From an uncultured Chloroflexia bacterium (lineage in GTDB: Bacteria > Chloroflexota > Limnocylindria > Limnocylindrales > CSP1-4), in the NCBI GenBank assembly GCA_963776395.1, contig CAVZML010000006.1:488986-552985 (forward strand): 64,000 bases of DNA, given 5' to 3'. The notes under the pieces were generated by a model. It was given only the letters and a program-made list of their open reading frames with translations. It was not told the origin of the DNA and searched no databases. Both the position numbers and the translations under genes were made by a program. Below, one piece after another: positions 14,844-27,663 of this stretch; position 1 is the stretch's first letter; every line of letters begins with the position of its first letter.

Positions 14844-16249
14844 CGATCAGCCTGCGGGACACCCTCTCGGGTGCGGTCCGCCCGCTCGAGCCGATCGAGC
14901 CGGGCCACGTCCGTATCTACAGCTGCGGACCGACGGTGTACGGGCCCTCCCATATCGGCAACTTCCGCTCGTTCCTGTTCGCGGACCTCCTGGTCCGCTA
15001 TCTGCGCTACCGCGGCCTGCGCGTGACCTGGGCGATGAACATCACCGACGTCGACGACAAGATCATCCGTGGCGCCGCGGCCGAGGGGATCTCGACGGCC
15101 GACCTGGCGGACCGGTACGCGGAGAGGTTCCTCGCCGACGCGGACTCCCTGGGCATGACGCGCCCGGACGTCCTGCCCCGGGCGACGCAGCACATCCCGC
15201 AGATCGCCGAGCTCGTCGGTACGTTGCTCGAGAAGGGGCATGCCTACCGGACCGACGACGGGTCGATCTTCTTCCGGATCGCCTCGTGGCCGGCCTACGG
15301 GCGGCTGGCGCGCCTTGACCCGGACGCAATGCGGGTGGGGGAGCGGGTCGAGGCGGACGAGTACGGCAAGGACGATGTCCGGGACTTCGCGCTGTGGAAG
15401 GGCCCCAAGCCCGGCGAGCCGTCCTGGGACACGCCCATCGGCCCGGGACGGCCCGGCTGGCACATCGAGTGCTCCGCGATGAGCATGGCCCACCTCGGGC
15501 CCTCGTTCGACATCCACACCGGGGGCGTGGACCTCGTCTTTCCCCACCACGAGGACGAGATCGCCCAATGCGAGGCCGCGACCGGACGGCCGTTCGTCCG
15601 CACCTGGCTCCATTGCGCCCACCTGCGGCTGAGCGGCGAGAAGATGGCGCGGTCGGTCGGCAACATCGCCCTGGTCACGGACCTGGTGGCGGCCGGGGTC
15701 TCCCCACGCGCCATCCGCTACGCGCTGGTCGCGGTCCATTACCGCGCGCCGCTCAACTGGTCGGACAATTCGCTGCCGGCGGCCGCGGCCGCGGTTGAGC
15801 GCCTCGACGCCCTGCTTGCCGCGCTCGCCGCCTATCGCGAGGATCGCGCCGACGACCCCGGCCTGCCGGCCGCGCTGGACGCGGTCCGGGCAGCATTCGA
15901 GGCGGGGCTCGACGACGACCTCAACGTCTCCGAGGCGCTGGCGGCGCTGTTCGATGGGGTCCGCGACTTGAACCGGAGGCTGGACGCGCGGGCATTGTCC
16001 ACGGCCGACGCGGGGCGGGCCGCCGCGTTCGTCCGCGATCTCGACGCCGTGCTGGGCATCGCGGCGCCGGCCGCCGCGGCGCTGGATCCCGACCTGCAGG
16101 CGATGCTGGACGCACGAGCCTCGGTCCGCGCCGCGCGCGACTGGGCGGCCGCGGACCGCCTGCGCGATGAGCTCCTCGCCCGTGGGGTGGCCGTCGAGGA
16201 CACGCGCGACGGACAGCGCTGGAGACTGGTGGCGACGACGAATGCCTGA
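14840..16249 (+). CDS. cysS: Cysteine--tRNA ligase
   Basis: MTISLRDTLSG..., CGPTVYGPSHIGN (HIGH), WHIECSAM and KMARSVGN (KMSKS). ATGA overlap with the ispDF stop. Confidence 0.93.
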   Translation: MTISLRDTLSGAVRPLEPIEPGHVRIYSCGPTVYGPSHIGNFRSFLFADLLVRYLRYRGLRVTWAMNITDVDDKIIRGAAAEGISTADLADRYAERFLADADSLGMTRPDVLPRATQHIPQIAELVGTLLEKGHAYRTDDGSIFFRIASWPAYGRLARLDPDAMRVGERVEADEYGKDDVRDFALWKGPKPGEPSWDTPIGPGRPGWHIECSAMSMAHLGPSFDIHTGGVDLVFPHHEDEIAQCEAATGRPFVRTWLHCAHLRLSGEKMARSVGNIALVTDLVAAGVSPRAIRYALVAVHYRAPLNWSDNSLPAAAAAVERLDALLAALAAYREDRADDPGLPAALDAVRAAFEAGLDDDLNVSEALAALFDGVRDLNRRLDARALSTADAGRAAAFVRDLDAVLGIAAPAAAALDPDLQAMLDARASVRAARDWAAADRLRDELLARGVAVEDTRDGQRWRLVATTNA

Positions 16250-18345
16250 CGACGGCCGCCCCCGCGGCGACGGCCGGCCCGGCGGGCCGCGCCGGCAGGA
16301 CAGGGCCGGGTGGTCCCGGCGGGCAGGACAGGCCGGGTGGGCCTGGGGGCCCCGGCGGGCAGCGGCCTCCCGGCCAGGGGAACGAACCCCGTCCCGGGGA
16401 CGGTCACAGGTCGAGTGGCCCGGTCCGGCCCGGTGGTCCCGTCCGTCACGGTGGGCCCGTCCGACCCGGCGGTCCCGTTCGGCACGCTGGTTTCCGCACG
16501 TCCCGCCCGGGCTTTCGCGCGCCAGGCCCCGGGTTCCCTGCCGTTCGCCGTCCGATCCCGGCTTCGACCCATCCGGCGCCGGGGTTGGTCCGTCCAGCGC
16601 CGGGGGTGGCCCGCGTGACGTCCAGGGACGGCGGGACCAGTGGGGCGGCGATCGGGGCCGGCACCATCCCGACGACCGGGGCTCGCGGGGCGGGCACGAC
16701 GCATCCCGGCAGGGGTCCGGCTTCAGCGGCGGGCAAGGCGCATACCCCCGGCCACGCCACGAGGATGGTCATCGGGAGGGTGACACCGGAGGCCGGTCGA
16801 CGCGACCCAGGAGCGCGGGTCACCCCGTCGGTTCCGGTGATCGCGATCGGGGGCTCCGAGCCGGCGGCCCTTCCGCCCGCCCGTCCGGCCCGCGTCCGCC
16901 CGGACTGCGTCAGTCTGGCCCGCGCCCGTCGGGGCCGCGCCCGTCCGGGCCGCGCCCGTGGGAGAGTGGATCCGGCGACCGCCAGCACCGGCCGTGGCAG
17001 GTCCGTGTCGAGGATCGGCCGGTCCAGCACCACGATGACCGCGGCGGCTCCGCCGCGACGCAGCGCCAATGGCAGGACCGTGGCGCTCCACCCCGGCCCA
17101 CGCGGCCGTGGGATGACGATGGCCCGGCACAACGCTCCGGGTCCCGAGAGTGGGAGGACCGTGGCCCGGTACCGCGTCCAGGGCCCGACACCACGCACGC
17201 CGACCGGGACGCGTCGTTCGACGCGGAGTCGCGGCCGGCCGGGTCCGCCCCGCTGCCCTGGTCCGGCCCCGCCCCGCGCCCGGGCCGCCCGGCACCCTAC
17301 GGCACGCGACCCGGTCGACCCACTCGACCCGCGCCCGGCCCACGTCGCCCCGACCGCGACTATCGCCCCGACCCCGGGTACCGCCCCGACCCGCGGTACC
17401 GCCCGGACCACGCACGCCGACCCGACTCGATCCTGGATCCGGCGGTCGCCCTTGCCGAGGACGAGGAGCTGGTCGCCGGCCGGCGTCCCGTCGAGGAGGC
17501 CTTCGTCGCTCGCCGGGAGGCGAAGCGGCTGATCGTCGTGCCGCAGCGCCGCATGGCCCTGGAGAAGATCGTCCTCCATGCGCTCAACCTGCGGATCCCC
17601 GTGGTCGAGGTCGAGGGCGGGACCCTGACGGCGGTCGCGGGCTTCGACGGGCACCAGGGGATCGCCCTCGTGGTCGCGCCCCGCCGCTGGGCAGCGCCCG
17701 ACGACATCCTCGCCCACGCGGCGGAGCGTGGCGAGCCGCCGCTCGTCCTCGTGCTGGACTCGCTGGAGGATCCGCAGAACGTCGGGACCCTGCTGCGAAC
17801 CGCCGAGGCCTCGGGGGTCCATGGTGCGATCTTCCCGACCCGCCGCCAGGCGCCCCTCACGCCGGCGGCCGTCAAGGCGTCCGCGGGTGCGGTCGAGCAC
17901 CTGCGCCTCTCCCCGGTCGACGACCTGCCCGGCGCATTGGCGGATCTCCATGCCCGCGGGCCTGCGGATCGTGGGGGCGGATGGCGACGCGTCGCTGACG
18001 GCGCGTGAGGCCGACCTGCGCGGCCCGGTGGCGATCGTCGTGGGCAGCGAAGGCCGCGGGCTCGGTCCGGCCGTCCGGCGGCGGTGCGACCTCCTCGTGC
18101 GCATCCCCATGCACGGCCACATCGAGTCGCTCAACGCCGCGGTCGCCGGCTCGATCCTGCTGTACGAAGCCGCGGCGCAGCGGCGCCTCGCCGAGATGCC
18201 ACCGCGCGCCGGCGGGGAGGCGGGATCCGTCACCCGGACGGAGCCCGATGAGGCCGAGCCCACGACGAGCCGCGCCCGACGACGACGCCCGCGACGAGAC
18301 CGGCCGCGCCCGACGAGGCCGCCCGCGACGAGACCGCGCCCGTAG
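16242..18345 (+). pseudogene. rlmB: RlmB/TrmH-family 23S rRNA 2'-O-methyltransferase with about 400 aa of Arg/Gly/Pro/Asp-rich N-extension; frame-disrupted as sequenced
   Basis: SpoU domain [26 protein letters not shown] continues in the +1 frame as LRIVGADG...[10 protein letters not shown]...[22 protein letters not shown]. The break is at GGGCC 17958-17962. The 3' end is uncertain (see repeat 18272-18503). Confidence 0.8.
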
Positions 18346-18503
18346 CCGCGCCCGACGAGATCCGCGCCCGACGAAGCCGCCCGCGACGAGCCGCCCGCGA
18401 CGCGGCCGCGCCCGTAGCCGCGCCCGACGAAGCCGCCCGCGACGAGACGGCGCCCGTAGCCACGCCCGACGAAGCCGCGCCCGACGAGACCTCGCCCGTC
18501 GGG
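18272..18503 (+). repeat. Imperfect tandem array of a 42-nt unit (GCGCCCGACGARGCCGCCCGCGACGAGACSGCGCCCGTAGCC)
   Basis: Three near-full units (18306, 18420, 18462) plus truncated or irregular units. The unit translates to [14 protein letters not shown]. Confidence 0.8.
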
Positions 18504-18718
18504 CAGGACGCCTCCCAACCGACGGGCGGCCGCCCCGCGGCGCGTCGTGCCAGGGCCGTCCGGCCGGGCCACGCCGAGCCCGCCCCGGAGCCCGGGTCCG
18601 GCGACCCGGGCCATGACGACGACCTGCTGCCGGGCGGCCCCGCTGTCGAGCCGGTGGCGGCCCCGGATGACCTTCCCGGAGGGGTCCGGAAAGGCCCCGA
18701 CGAGGGCCCCGACGAGGT

Positions 18719-18747
18719 TTGACGCATCCGTCGGCGGGCCGTATCAT
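18719..18747 (+). promoter_or_regulatory. Strong sigma70-type promoter (TTGACG-17-TATCAT) for the tRNA-Thr/tuf/rpmG cluster
   Basis: -35 at 18719-18724 and -10 at 18742-18747 with exact 17-nt spacing, about 45 nt upstream of tRNA-Thr. Confidence 0.6.
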
Positions 18748-18791
18748 TCCCCGGCTCGCGGAGTCCTACTCTTGTTTGACGCTGCGCGCGT

Positions 18792-18867
18792 GCCGACGTA
18801 GCTCAATTGGTAGAGCAGCGGTTTTGTAAACCGCCGGTTCCGGGTTCGAGTCCCGTCGTCGGCTCCA
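18792..18867 (+). tRNA. tRNA-Thr (TGT)
   Basis: Acceptor GCCGACG/CGTCGGC, anticodon loop TTTGTAA, T-arm GGTTCGAGTCC, encoded CCA. Confidence 0.9.
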
Positions 18868-18922
18868 ACAGGCACGAATGCGTCAACGGCGCGGACCGGA
18901 TCGATCGGCACCGCTCCCGCGG

Positions 18923-18998
18923 GCCCAGATAGCTCAGCTGGCAGAGCACATCCTTGGTAAGGATGAGGTCACGGGTTCGAATCCCGTTCTGGGCTCCA
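18923..18998 (+). tRNA. tRNA-Thr (GGT)
   Basis: Acceptor GCCCAGA/TCTGGGC, anticodon loop TTGGTAA, T-arm GGTTCGAATCC, encoded CCA. Confidence 0.9.
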
Positions 18999-19067
18999 TA
19001 TCTCGGTTAGTCCTCGATCCGTGACCGGCGGCCCGTGCCGCCCAAGCAGGGGAGTGAGAAGGGTCCT

Positions 19068-20264
19068 GTGGCCAAGAAGAAGTTCGAGCGCACGAAGCCG
19101 CACGTCAACGTCGGCACGATCGGCCACATCGACCACGGCAAGACGACGCTCACGGCCGCGATCACGAAGTACCTCGCCCTCAAGGGCGGCGCGGAGTTCC
19201 GCGCCTTCGACTCGATCGACAACGCCCCCGAGGAGCGCGAGCGGGGCATCACCATCGCGATCGCCCACGTCGAGTACCAGACCGCGAACCGCCACTACGC
19301 GCACGTCGACTGCCCCGGGCACGCCGACTACATCAAGAACATGATCACCGGCGCCGCCCAGATGGACGGCGCGATCCTGGTCGTCGCCGCCACCGACGGC
19401 CCGATGCCCCAGACCCGCGAGCACATCCTCCTGGCCCGCCAGGTCGAGGTGCCCTACATGGTCGTGTTCCTCAACAAGTGCGACGCGGTCGACGACCCCG
19501 AGCTGCTCGACCTCGTCGAGCTCGAGGTCCGCGAGCTGCTGACCAAGAACCACTTCCCGGGCGACGACGTCCCGGTCATCCGCGGCTCCGCGCTCAAGGC
19601 GCTCGAGGCCTCCGACAACCCCGACGACCCGGCCTACGCCTGCATCCAGGAGCTGATGGACGCGGTCGACTCCTACATCCCCAACCCCGAGCGCCCCGTC
19701 GACAAGCCGTTCCTGATGCCCTGCGAGGACGTGTTCGGCATCAAGGGCCGGGGCACCGTCGCCACCGGGCGCATCGAGCGGGGCGTGATCAAGGTCTCCG
19801 AGGAGGTCGAGATCGTGGGCGTCCGGGCCACCCGCAAGGTGGTCGTGACCGGGGTCGAGATGTTCAAGAAGCTGCTCGAGCAGGGCCAGGCGGGCGACAA
19901 CGTCGGCCTCCTGCTGCGGGGCATCGAGCGCGACGACATCGAGCGCGGCCAGGTCCTGGCCAAGCCCGGCTCGGTCACCCCCCACACCAACTTCATCGCC
20001 CGCGTCTACGTCCTGACCAAGGAGGAGGGCGGCCGCCACACCCCGTTCTACAACGGGTACCGGCCCCAGTTCTACCTGCGCACGACCGACGTCACGGGCG
20101 CCATCGGCCTCCCCGACGGGGCCGAGATGATCATGCCCGGCGACAACGTCGACATGACCGTCGAGCTGATCACCCCGATCGCGCTCGAAGTCGGCCAGCG
20201 GTTCGCGATCCGCGAGGGCGGTCGCACCGTCGGCGCCGGCGCGATCACCAGCATCATCGCGTAG
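19068..20264 (+). CDS. tuf: Elongation factor Tu (copy 1)
   Basis: (V)[32 protein letters not shown] and NKCD motifs. GTG start at 19068. Protein identical to copy 2. Confidence 0.95.
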   Translation: MAKKKFERTKPHVNVGTIGHIDHGKTTLTAAITKYLALKGGAEFRAFDSIDNAPEERERGITIAIAHVEYQTANRHYAHVDCPGHADYIKNMITGAAQMDGAILVVAATDGPMPQTREHILLARQVEVPYMVVFLNKCDAVDDPELLDLVELEVRELLTKNHFPGDDVPVIRGSALKALEASDNPDDPAYACIQELMDAVDSYIPNPERPVDKPFLMPCEDVFGIKGRGTVATGRIERGVIKVSEEVEIVGVRATRKVVVTGVEMFKKLLEQGQAGDNVGLLLRGIERDDIERGQVLAKPGSVTPHTNFIARVYVLTKEEGGRHTPFYNGYRPQFYLRTTDVTGAIGLPDGAEMIMPGDNVDMTVELITPIALEVGQRFAIREGGRTVGAGAITSIIA

Positions 20265-20275
20265 CGAGACAGATA
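19069..20275 (+). repeat. 1207-nt segment apparently identical to 35638-36844 (tuf duplication)
   Basis: Listed ORF translations in forward and reverse frames are identical for both segments. Line-by-line reading showed no difference. Identity runs 11 nt past the stop. Confidence 0.85.
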
Positions 20276-20276
20276 C

Positions 20277-20441
20277 ATGGCCAGAGTTGACGCGCGTCCG
20301 GTGATCCAGCTTGCCTGCACCGAGTGCAAGACGCGGAACTACACCACGCGCAAGAACAAGAAGAACGATCCCAGCCGGATCGAGCTGCAGAAGTACTGTC
20401 CCCGGGAGCGGCGCCATACGCTGCACCGGGAGGCAAAGTAG
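20277..20441 (+). CDS. rpmG: 50S ribosomal protein L33
   Basis: 54-aa ORF below the ORF-track cutoff: [54 protein letters not shown]. Confidence 0.9.
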   Translation: MARVDARPVIQLACTECKTRNYTTRKNKKNDPSRIELQKYCPRERRHTLHREAK

Positions 20442-20459
20442 GTCCAGGTCGGCATCCGC

Positions 20460-20535
20460 AGGGGCGTAGCTCAATTGGCAGAGCACCGGTCTCCAAAACC
20501 GGTTGTTGTAGGTTCGAGTCCTATCGCCCCTGCCA
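20460..20535 (+). tRNA. tRNA-Trp (CCA)
   Basis: Acceptor AGGGGCG/CGCCCCT, anticodon loop CTCCAAA, T-arm GGTTCGAGTCC. Classic position before secE. Confidence 0.9.
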
Positions 20536-20563
20536 CCTCCTCTAGTCCGCTGAAAAGGCACCC

Positions 20564-20755
20564 GTGAAGCGATTTCGCCAGTTCATCAAGGAATCGTGGT
20601 CCGAGCTCAAGAAGGTCTCGTGGCCCAACCGCCTCCAGGTCCGGAACCTGACGGTCCTCGTGTTCTTCGTGTCCTTCGTCGTCGGCCTGTACATCACCAT
20701 CGCCGACACGTTCTTCACCGAGCTGATCCGGGCCTTCGCGGGGGCGGTCGGGTGA
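20564..20755 (+). CDS. secE: Preprotein translocase subunit SecE
   Basis: 63 aa, [14 protein letters not shown] followed by a single TM helix. Lies between tRNA-Trp and nusG. Confidence 0.9.
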   Translation: MKRFRQFIKESWSELKKVSWPNRLQVRNLTVLVFFVSFVVGLYITIADTFFTELIRAFAGAVG

Positions 20756-21324
20756 CCGAGCAGCTGACGGCCACGCGGACGCCCGAGAAGCGCTGGTACG
20801 TGATCCACACGTACTCGGGCTACGAGAACAAGGTCAAGGCGAACCTCGAGCACCGCATCGAGTCGATGGGCATGGAGGACAAGATCTTCCAGGTGCTCGT
20901 CCCGATGGAGGACGAGATCGAGATCCGCCAGGGCCAGCGACACACCGTGCAGAGGAAGGTCTATCCGGGCTACGTGCTCGTGGAGATGATCCTCGACCCC
21001 GAGTCCTGGTTCGTCGTCCGCAACACGCCGGGCGTCACCAGCTTCGTCGGCAGCGGCAACATCCCCGGGATGCGCAGCGAGCCGATCCCGCTGGACGAGA
21101 CCGAGGTCAAGCAGATCCTCCGGCACATGGGCGTCGAGACGCCGAAGTACCGGGTCGCGTTCACGAAGGGCCAGAGCGTGCGTGTCACGGACGGGCCGTT
21201 CGCGGAATTCATCGGGACCGTGGACGAGGTCAACCCTGAGCGCAACAAGCTGAAGGTCCTCGTGAGCATCTTCGGCCGGGAGACGCCGGTCGAGCTCGAC
21301 TTCCTCCAGGTCGAGAAGCTGTAA
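20752..21324 (+). CDS. nusG: Transcription termination/antitermination factor NusG
   Basis: [19 protein letters not shown] domain and a C-terminal KOW ([18 protein letters not shown]). GTGA overlap with the secE stop. Confidence 0.93.
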   Translation: MTEQLTATRTPEKRWYVIHTYSGYENKVKANLEHRIESMGMEDKIFQVLVPMEDEIEIRQGQRHTVQRKVYPGYVLVEMILDPESWFVVRNTPGVTSFVGSGNIPGMRSEPIPLDETEVKQILRHMGVETPKYRVAFTKGQSVRVTDGPFAEFIGTVDEVNPERNKLKVLVSIFGRETPVELDFLQVEKL

Positions 21325-21345
21325 CGAGGCAGGGAGCGAGCACAC

Positions 21346-21771
21346 GTGGCCAAGAAGATCCGAATCGTCCTGACGCTGCAGCTGCCGGCCGGCAAGGCGA
21401 CACCCGCCCCGCCCGTCGGCACCGCGCTGGGGCCGCACGGCATCAACATCGTCGAGTTCACCAAGGCGTACAACGAGCGGACCGCCGACAAGGCGGGCCA
21501 GGTCATCCCGGCCCAGATCACGGTCTTCGAGGATCGCTCGTTCACGTTCATCCTCAAGACCCCGCCGGCGCCCGACCTCCTCCGGAAGGCCGCCGGGATC
21601 ACCGCCGGGTCCGCGACCCCGAAGCGCGCGGTGGCCGGACGCGTGACCCGCGACCAGGTCCGCCAGATCGCCGAGCAGAAGATGCCCGACCTCAACGCGA
21701 ACGACATCGAGGCCGGCATGAAGGTCATCGAGGGAACCGCCCGGAGCATGGGCATCGAGGTCGTCGGCTAG
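21346..21771 (+). CDS. rplK: 50S ribosomal protein L11
   Basis: [29 protein letters not shown]. Confidence 0.95.
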   Translation: MAKKIRIVLTLQLPAGKATPAPPVGTALGPHGINIVEFTKAYNERTADKAGQVIPAQITVFEDRSFTFILKTPPAPDLLRKAAGITAGSATPKRAVAGRVTRDQVRQIAEQKMPDLNANDIEAGMKVIEGTARSMGIEVVG

Positions 21772-21852
21772 AGCCGGCGGCGCGCGCGGGAGGGACCCCG
21801 TCCCGCGAGCGAACCACCAGGGGCAGGTCCGCGAGACCGAAGGAGCACGCAC

Positions 21853-22560
21853 ATGGCCGAGCACGGGAAGCGCTACCAGGACGCCGCGAAGCTCGTCGAC
21901 CGCACCCGGGTCTACCCCGTGTCGGAGGCGGTCGCCGTCGCGAAGCAGACCTCCAACGTCAAGTTCGACGCATCCGTCGAGGCGCACCTGCGCCTGGGCG
22001 TCGACCCCCGCCACGCCGACCAGATGGTCCGCGGCACGGTCGTCCTGCCGCACGGCACGGGCAAGGTCGTCCGCGTCGCCGTCTTCGCCCAGGGCGAGAA
22101 GGCCCTCGAGGCGCTCCGCGCCGGTGCGGACGAGGTCGGCGCCGAGGACCTGGTCAAGAAGATCGAGGCAGGCTGGCTCGAGTTCGACGTCGCCCTCGCG
22201 GCGCCGGACGTCATGGGCATGGTCGGCAAGCTGGGACGGATCCTCGGCCGGCGCGGCCTGATGCCGAACCCGAAGTCGGGCACCATCACGTTCGACCTCG
22301 AGCGCGCGATCAAGGAGGTCAAGGCCGGCCGCGTCGAGTTCAAGGTCGACAAGGGCGCCATCATCCACGTCCCCGTCGGCAAGGCGAGCTTCAGCGAAGA
22401 TCAGCTGGTCGAGAACCTGGCCTCCCTCGTGGATGCGGTCAACCGCGCCAAGCCCAGCGGCGCGAAGGGCCAGTACCTGCGGACCCTGACCATCGCCACC
22501 ACGATGGGCCCGGGTCTCCGGGTCGACATCCCGGGCGTCCTCGCCGCCGCCCAGGGATAG
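21853..22560 (+). CDS. rplA: 50S ribosomal protein L1
   Basis: [11 protein letters not shown]...[25 protein letters not shown]. Confidence 0.95.
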   Translation: MAEHGKRYQDAAKLVDRTRVYPVSEAVAVAKQTSNVKFDASVEAHLRLGVDPRHADQMVRGTVVLPHGTGKVVRVAVFAQGEKALEALRAGADEVGAEDLVKKIEAGWLEFDVALAAPDVMGMVGKLGRILGRRGLMPNPKSGTITFDLERAIKEVKAGRVEFKVDKGAIIHVPVGKASFSEDQLVENLASLVDAVNRAKPSGAKGQYLRTLTIATTMGPGLRVDIPGVLAAAQG

Positions 22561-22597
22561 GCGCTATCATCGGCCGCCGGTGATCCGGCCCATTCGC

Positions 22598-22673
22598 GGC
22601 GTTGGCCGCTGCGGGCGCCCGCTCACGCACCACCACGTGCGCTCGCGGTACGTCCTCGCGGCCGCCTTGCGCC
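22598..22673 (+). repeat. Intergenic structured repeat, copy 1 (rplA-rplJ spacer)
   Basis: GGCGTTGGCCGCTGCGGGCGCCCGCTCACGCACCACCACGTGCGCTCGCGGTACGTCCTCGCGGCCGCCTTGCGCC. Homologous to 37180-37255 and 53938-54011. Confidence 0.8.
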
Positions 22674-22988
22674 TGGACCGGCTGACCGACGGCACACAGT
22701 AGAAGACGGAACAAAGCCGCAGACAGCCTGCGCCCCATAACGCCGATCGCCCGCAAGGACGACCCGACGCCCAGGGCTTGATCCGCCGGACCGGACCGAC
22801 CGCCACCCGACAGGGTGACGACCGGGGACGACGGCGAGCACGCCGAGGCAGTGGCCATCGCCCCACCTCCCGGTGGGTCGCGCCCCCTGCACCGTGGCCC
22901 GTCGCAGGGGTTCAACCCGGCATCGCCGGGGCGCACCCACCGCCGCGCGCCGGCAGCGCGCTGGAGCAACGGAGGTCAAGGAGGCTCG

Positions 22989-23520
22989 ATGCCGACCGAG
23001 GCCAAGCGAGAGACGATCGAGGACCTGCGCGCCCAGCTGGACGCCAGCCACACCATGATCACCTCTGAGTACCGCGGCCTCAAGGTGAAGGAGATCAGCG
23101 AGATCCGGCGCGCCCTGCGCAAGCAGAACGTGAGCTACCGGGTCGTCAAGAACCGCCTCATGCGGATCGCGGCCAAGGACAATGCGTCCGCCGCCGCGCT
23201 CTCGCCGCTCCTCGTGGGTCCGACGGCCATCGCCTTCGGCACCGACGAATCGGCGACCGCCAGGGCGGTCCTGGATGCCGTCCGCCCGTACGCCAGGATC
23301 GTGAAGATCACCGGCGGCGTGCTGGGTTCGACGGCGATCAACGCCGAGAGCGTCGACCAGGCTCGCAACCCTGCCTTCCCGCGAGGTGCTCCTCGCCGAA
23401 GCGCTGGGTGCGATCACTGCGCCGCTGTCCATGACCGCAGGACTGTTCGACGCCCCCGGGCGCGACGTCGTCGGCCTTGTCCAGGCGCTGATCGACAAGC
23501 GCGGCGAAGCCGCGGCCTGA
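22989..23520 (+). pseudogene. rplJ: 50S ribosomal protein L10, frame-disrupted as sequenced
   Basis: MPTEAKRETIEDLRAQL...GGVLGSTAINAESVDQ is followed, after an orphan G at 23361, by LATLPSREVLLAEALGAITAPL...[10 protein letters not shown] in the +1 frame. SD GGAGG lies upstream of ATG 22989. Confidence 0.88.
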
Positions 23521-23581
23521 CCCTCACCTCGAGACCACCCGCGCCCCACGGGGCGCCTCACCACCAGGAGACACGATCCCC

Positions 23582-23971
23582 ATGGCCAAGCTGACCGTCG
23601 ACCAGCTGCTCGAGGCCTTCGAGCAGATGACCGTCCTCGAGCTTTCCGAGTTCAAGAAGTCCTTCGAGGACCGCTTCGGCGTCACCGCCGCCGCCCCGGT
23701 CGCCGCCGCGGGCGCAGCGCCCGCCGCCGCCGCTGCCGCGCCGGTCGAGGTGGAGGAGCAGACCGAGTTCACCGCGACCCTGACCGAGATCGGGCCCAAC
23801 AAGATCCCGGTCATCAAGGTCGTCCGCGAGCTGACCGGCCTCGGCCTCAAGGAGGCCAAGGACCTCGTCGACGCCTTCCCGAAGGCAGTCAAGGAGGGCG
23901 TCACCAAGGACGAGGCCGAGAAGATCAAGGCCGCCCTCGAGGACCAGGGCGCCAAGGTCGAGATCAAGTAG
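23582..23971 (+). CDS. rplL: 50S ribosomal protein L7/L12
   Basis: Ala-rich hinge and C-terminal domain [19 protein letters not shown]...[16 protein letters not shown]. Confidence 0.95.
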   Translation: MAKLTVDQLLEAFEQMTVLELSEFKKSFEDRFGVTAAAPVAAAGAAPAAAAAAPVEVEEQTEFTATLTEIGPNKIPVIKVVRELTGLGLKEAKDLVDAFPKAVKEGVTKDEAEKIKAALEDQGAKVEIK

Positions 23972-24017
23972 GCGGTGCCGGGCCGGCCCTGCCGGCCCTC
24001 GCGAGACCGCCCGGACG

Positions 24018-24050
24018 GGCGGCGGCCTCCGGGTCGCCGCCTTGTCTGTC
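24018..24050 (+). terminator. Hairpin / partial terminator (attenuator) between rplL and rpoB
   Basis: GGCGGCGGCC-TCCG-GGGTCGCCGCC stem followed by T-rich TTGTCTGT. Confidence 0.4.
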
Positions 24051-24074
24051 GTGCCATGCCCTCGCGGGAAGTGG

Positions 24075-24102
24075 TTGACAACAGATCTGAACGCGGTATC
24101 CT
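24075..24102 (+). promoter_or_regulatory. Putative promoter for rpoBC (TTGACA-16-TATCCT)
   Basis: Consensus -35 at 24075-24080 and -10 at 24097-24102. Confidence 0.5.
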
Positions 24103-24162
24103 ACTCCTTCTGTGAGCGCGGCCGTCCCCCCTTCTTCCCACTCCGTCAAGGAGCCGTCTTTC

Positions 24163-27663
<3,501 letters not shown>

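Noticed and set aside
12410-15739. 1109-aa minus-strand ORF. Similar long antisense or alternate-frame ORFs occur at 3812-5254, 5959-7626, 8961-11393, 16446-18614, 20542-22368, 33499-35529, 44699-46345 and 60923-62602.
   Set aside because: All overlap well-supported + strand genes and have Arg/Gly/Pro/Asp-dominated composition without family motifs. They are high-GC artefacts.
18272-18503. Possible CRISPR array, given the regular repeats here and at 55780-55920.
   Set aside because: The repeats are directly tandem (42-nt and 6-nt units) with no unique spacers, and there are no cas genes. They are mini- and microsatellites, probably protein-coding.
19069-20275. The 1.2-kb perfect repeat as a mobile element or IS.
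   Set aside because: The repeat is exactly the tuf coding sequence plus 11 nt. There are no terminal inverted repeats, target duplications or transposase.
21772-21852. Hairpin GCGGGA-GGGACCCCG-TCCCGC in the rplK-rplA spacer as an L1-binding regulatory site; also the 22674-22988 region as an L10 leader.
   Set aside because: Both are plausible by position, but I cannot verify the characteristic rRNA-mimic structures by eye. Left uncalled pending a covariance-model scan.
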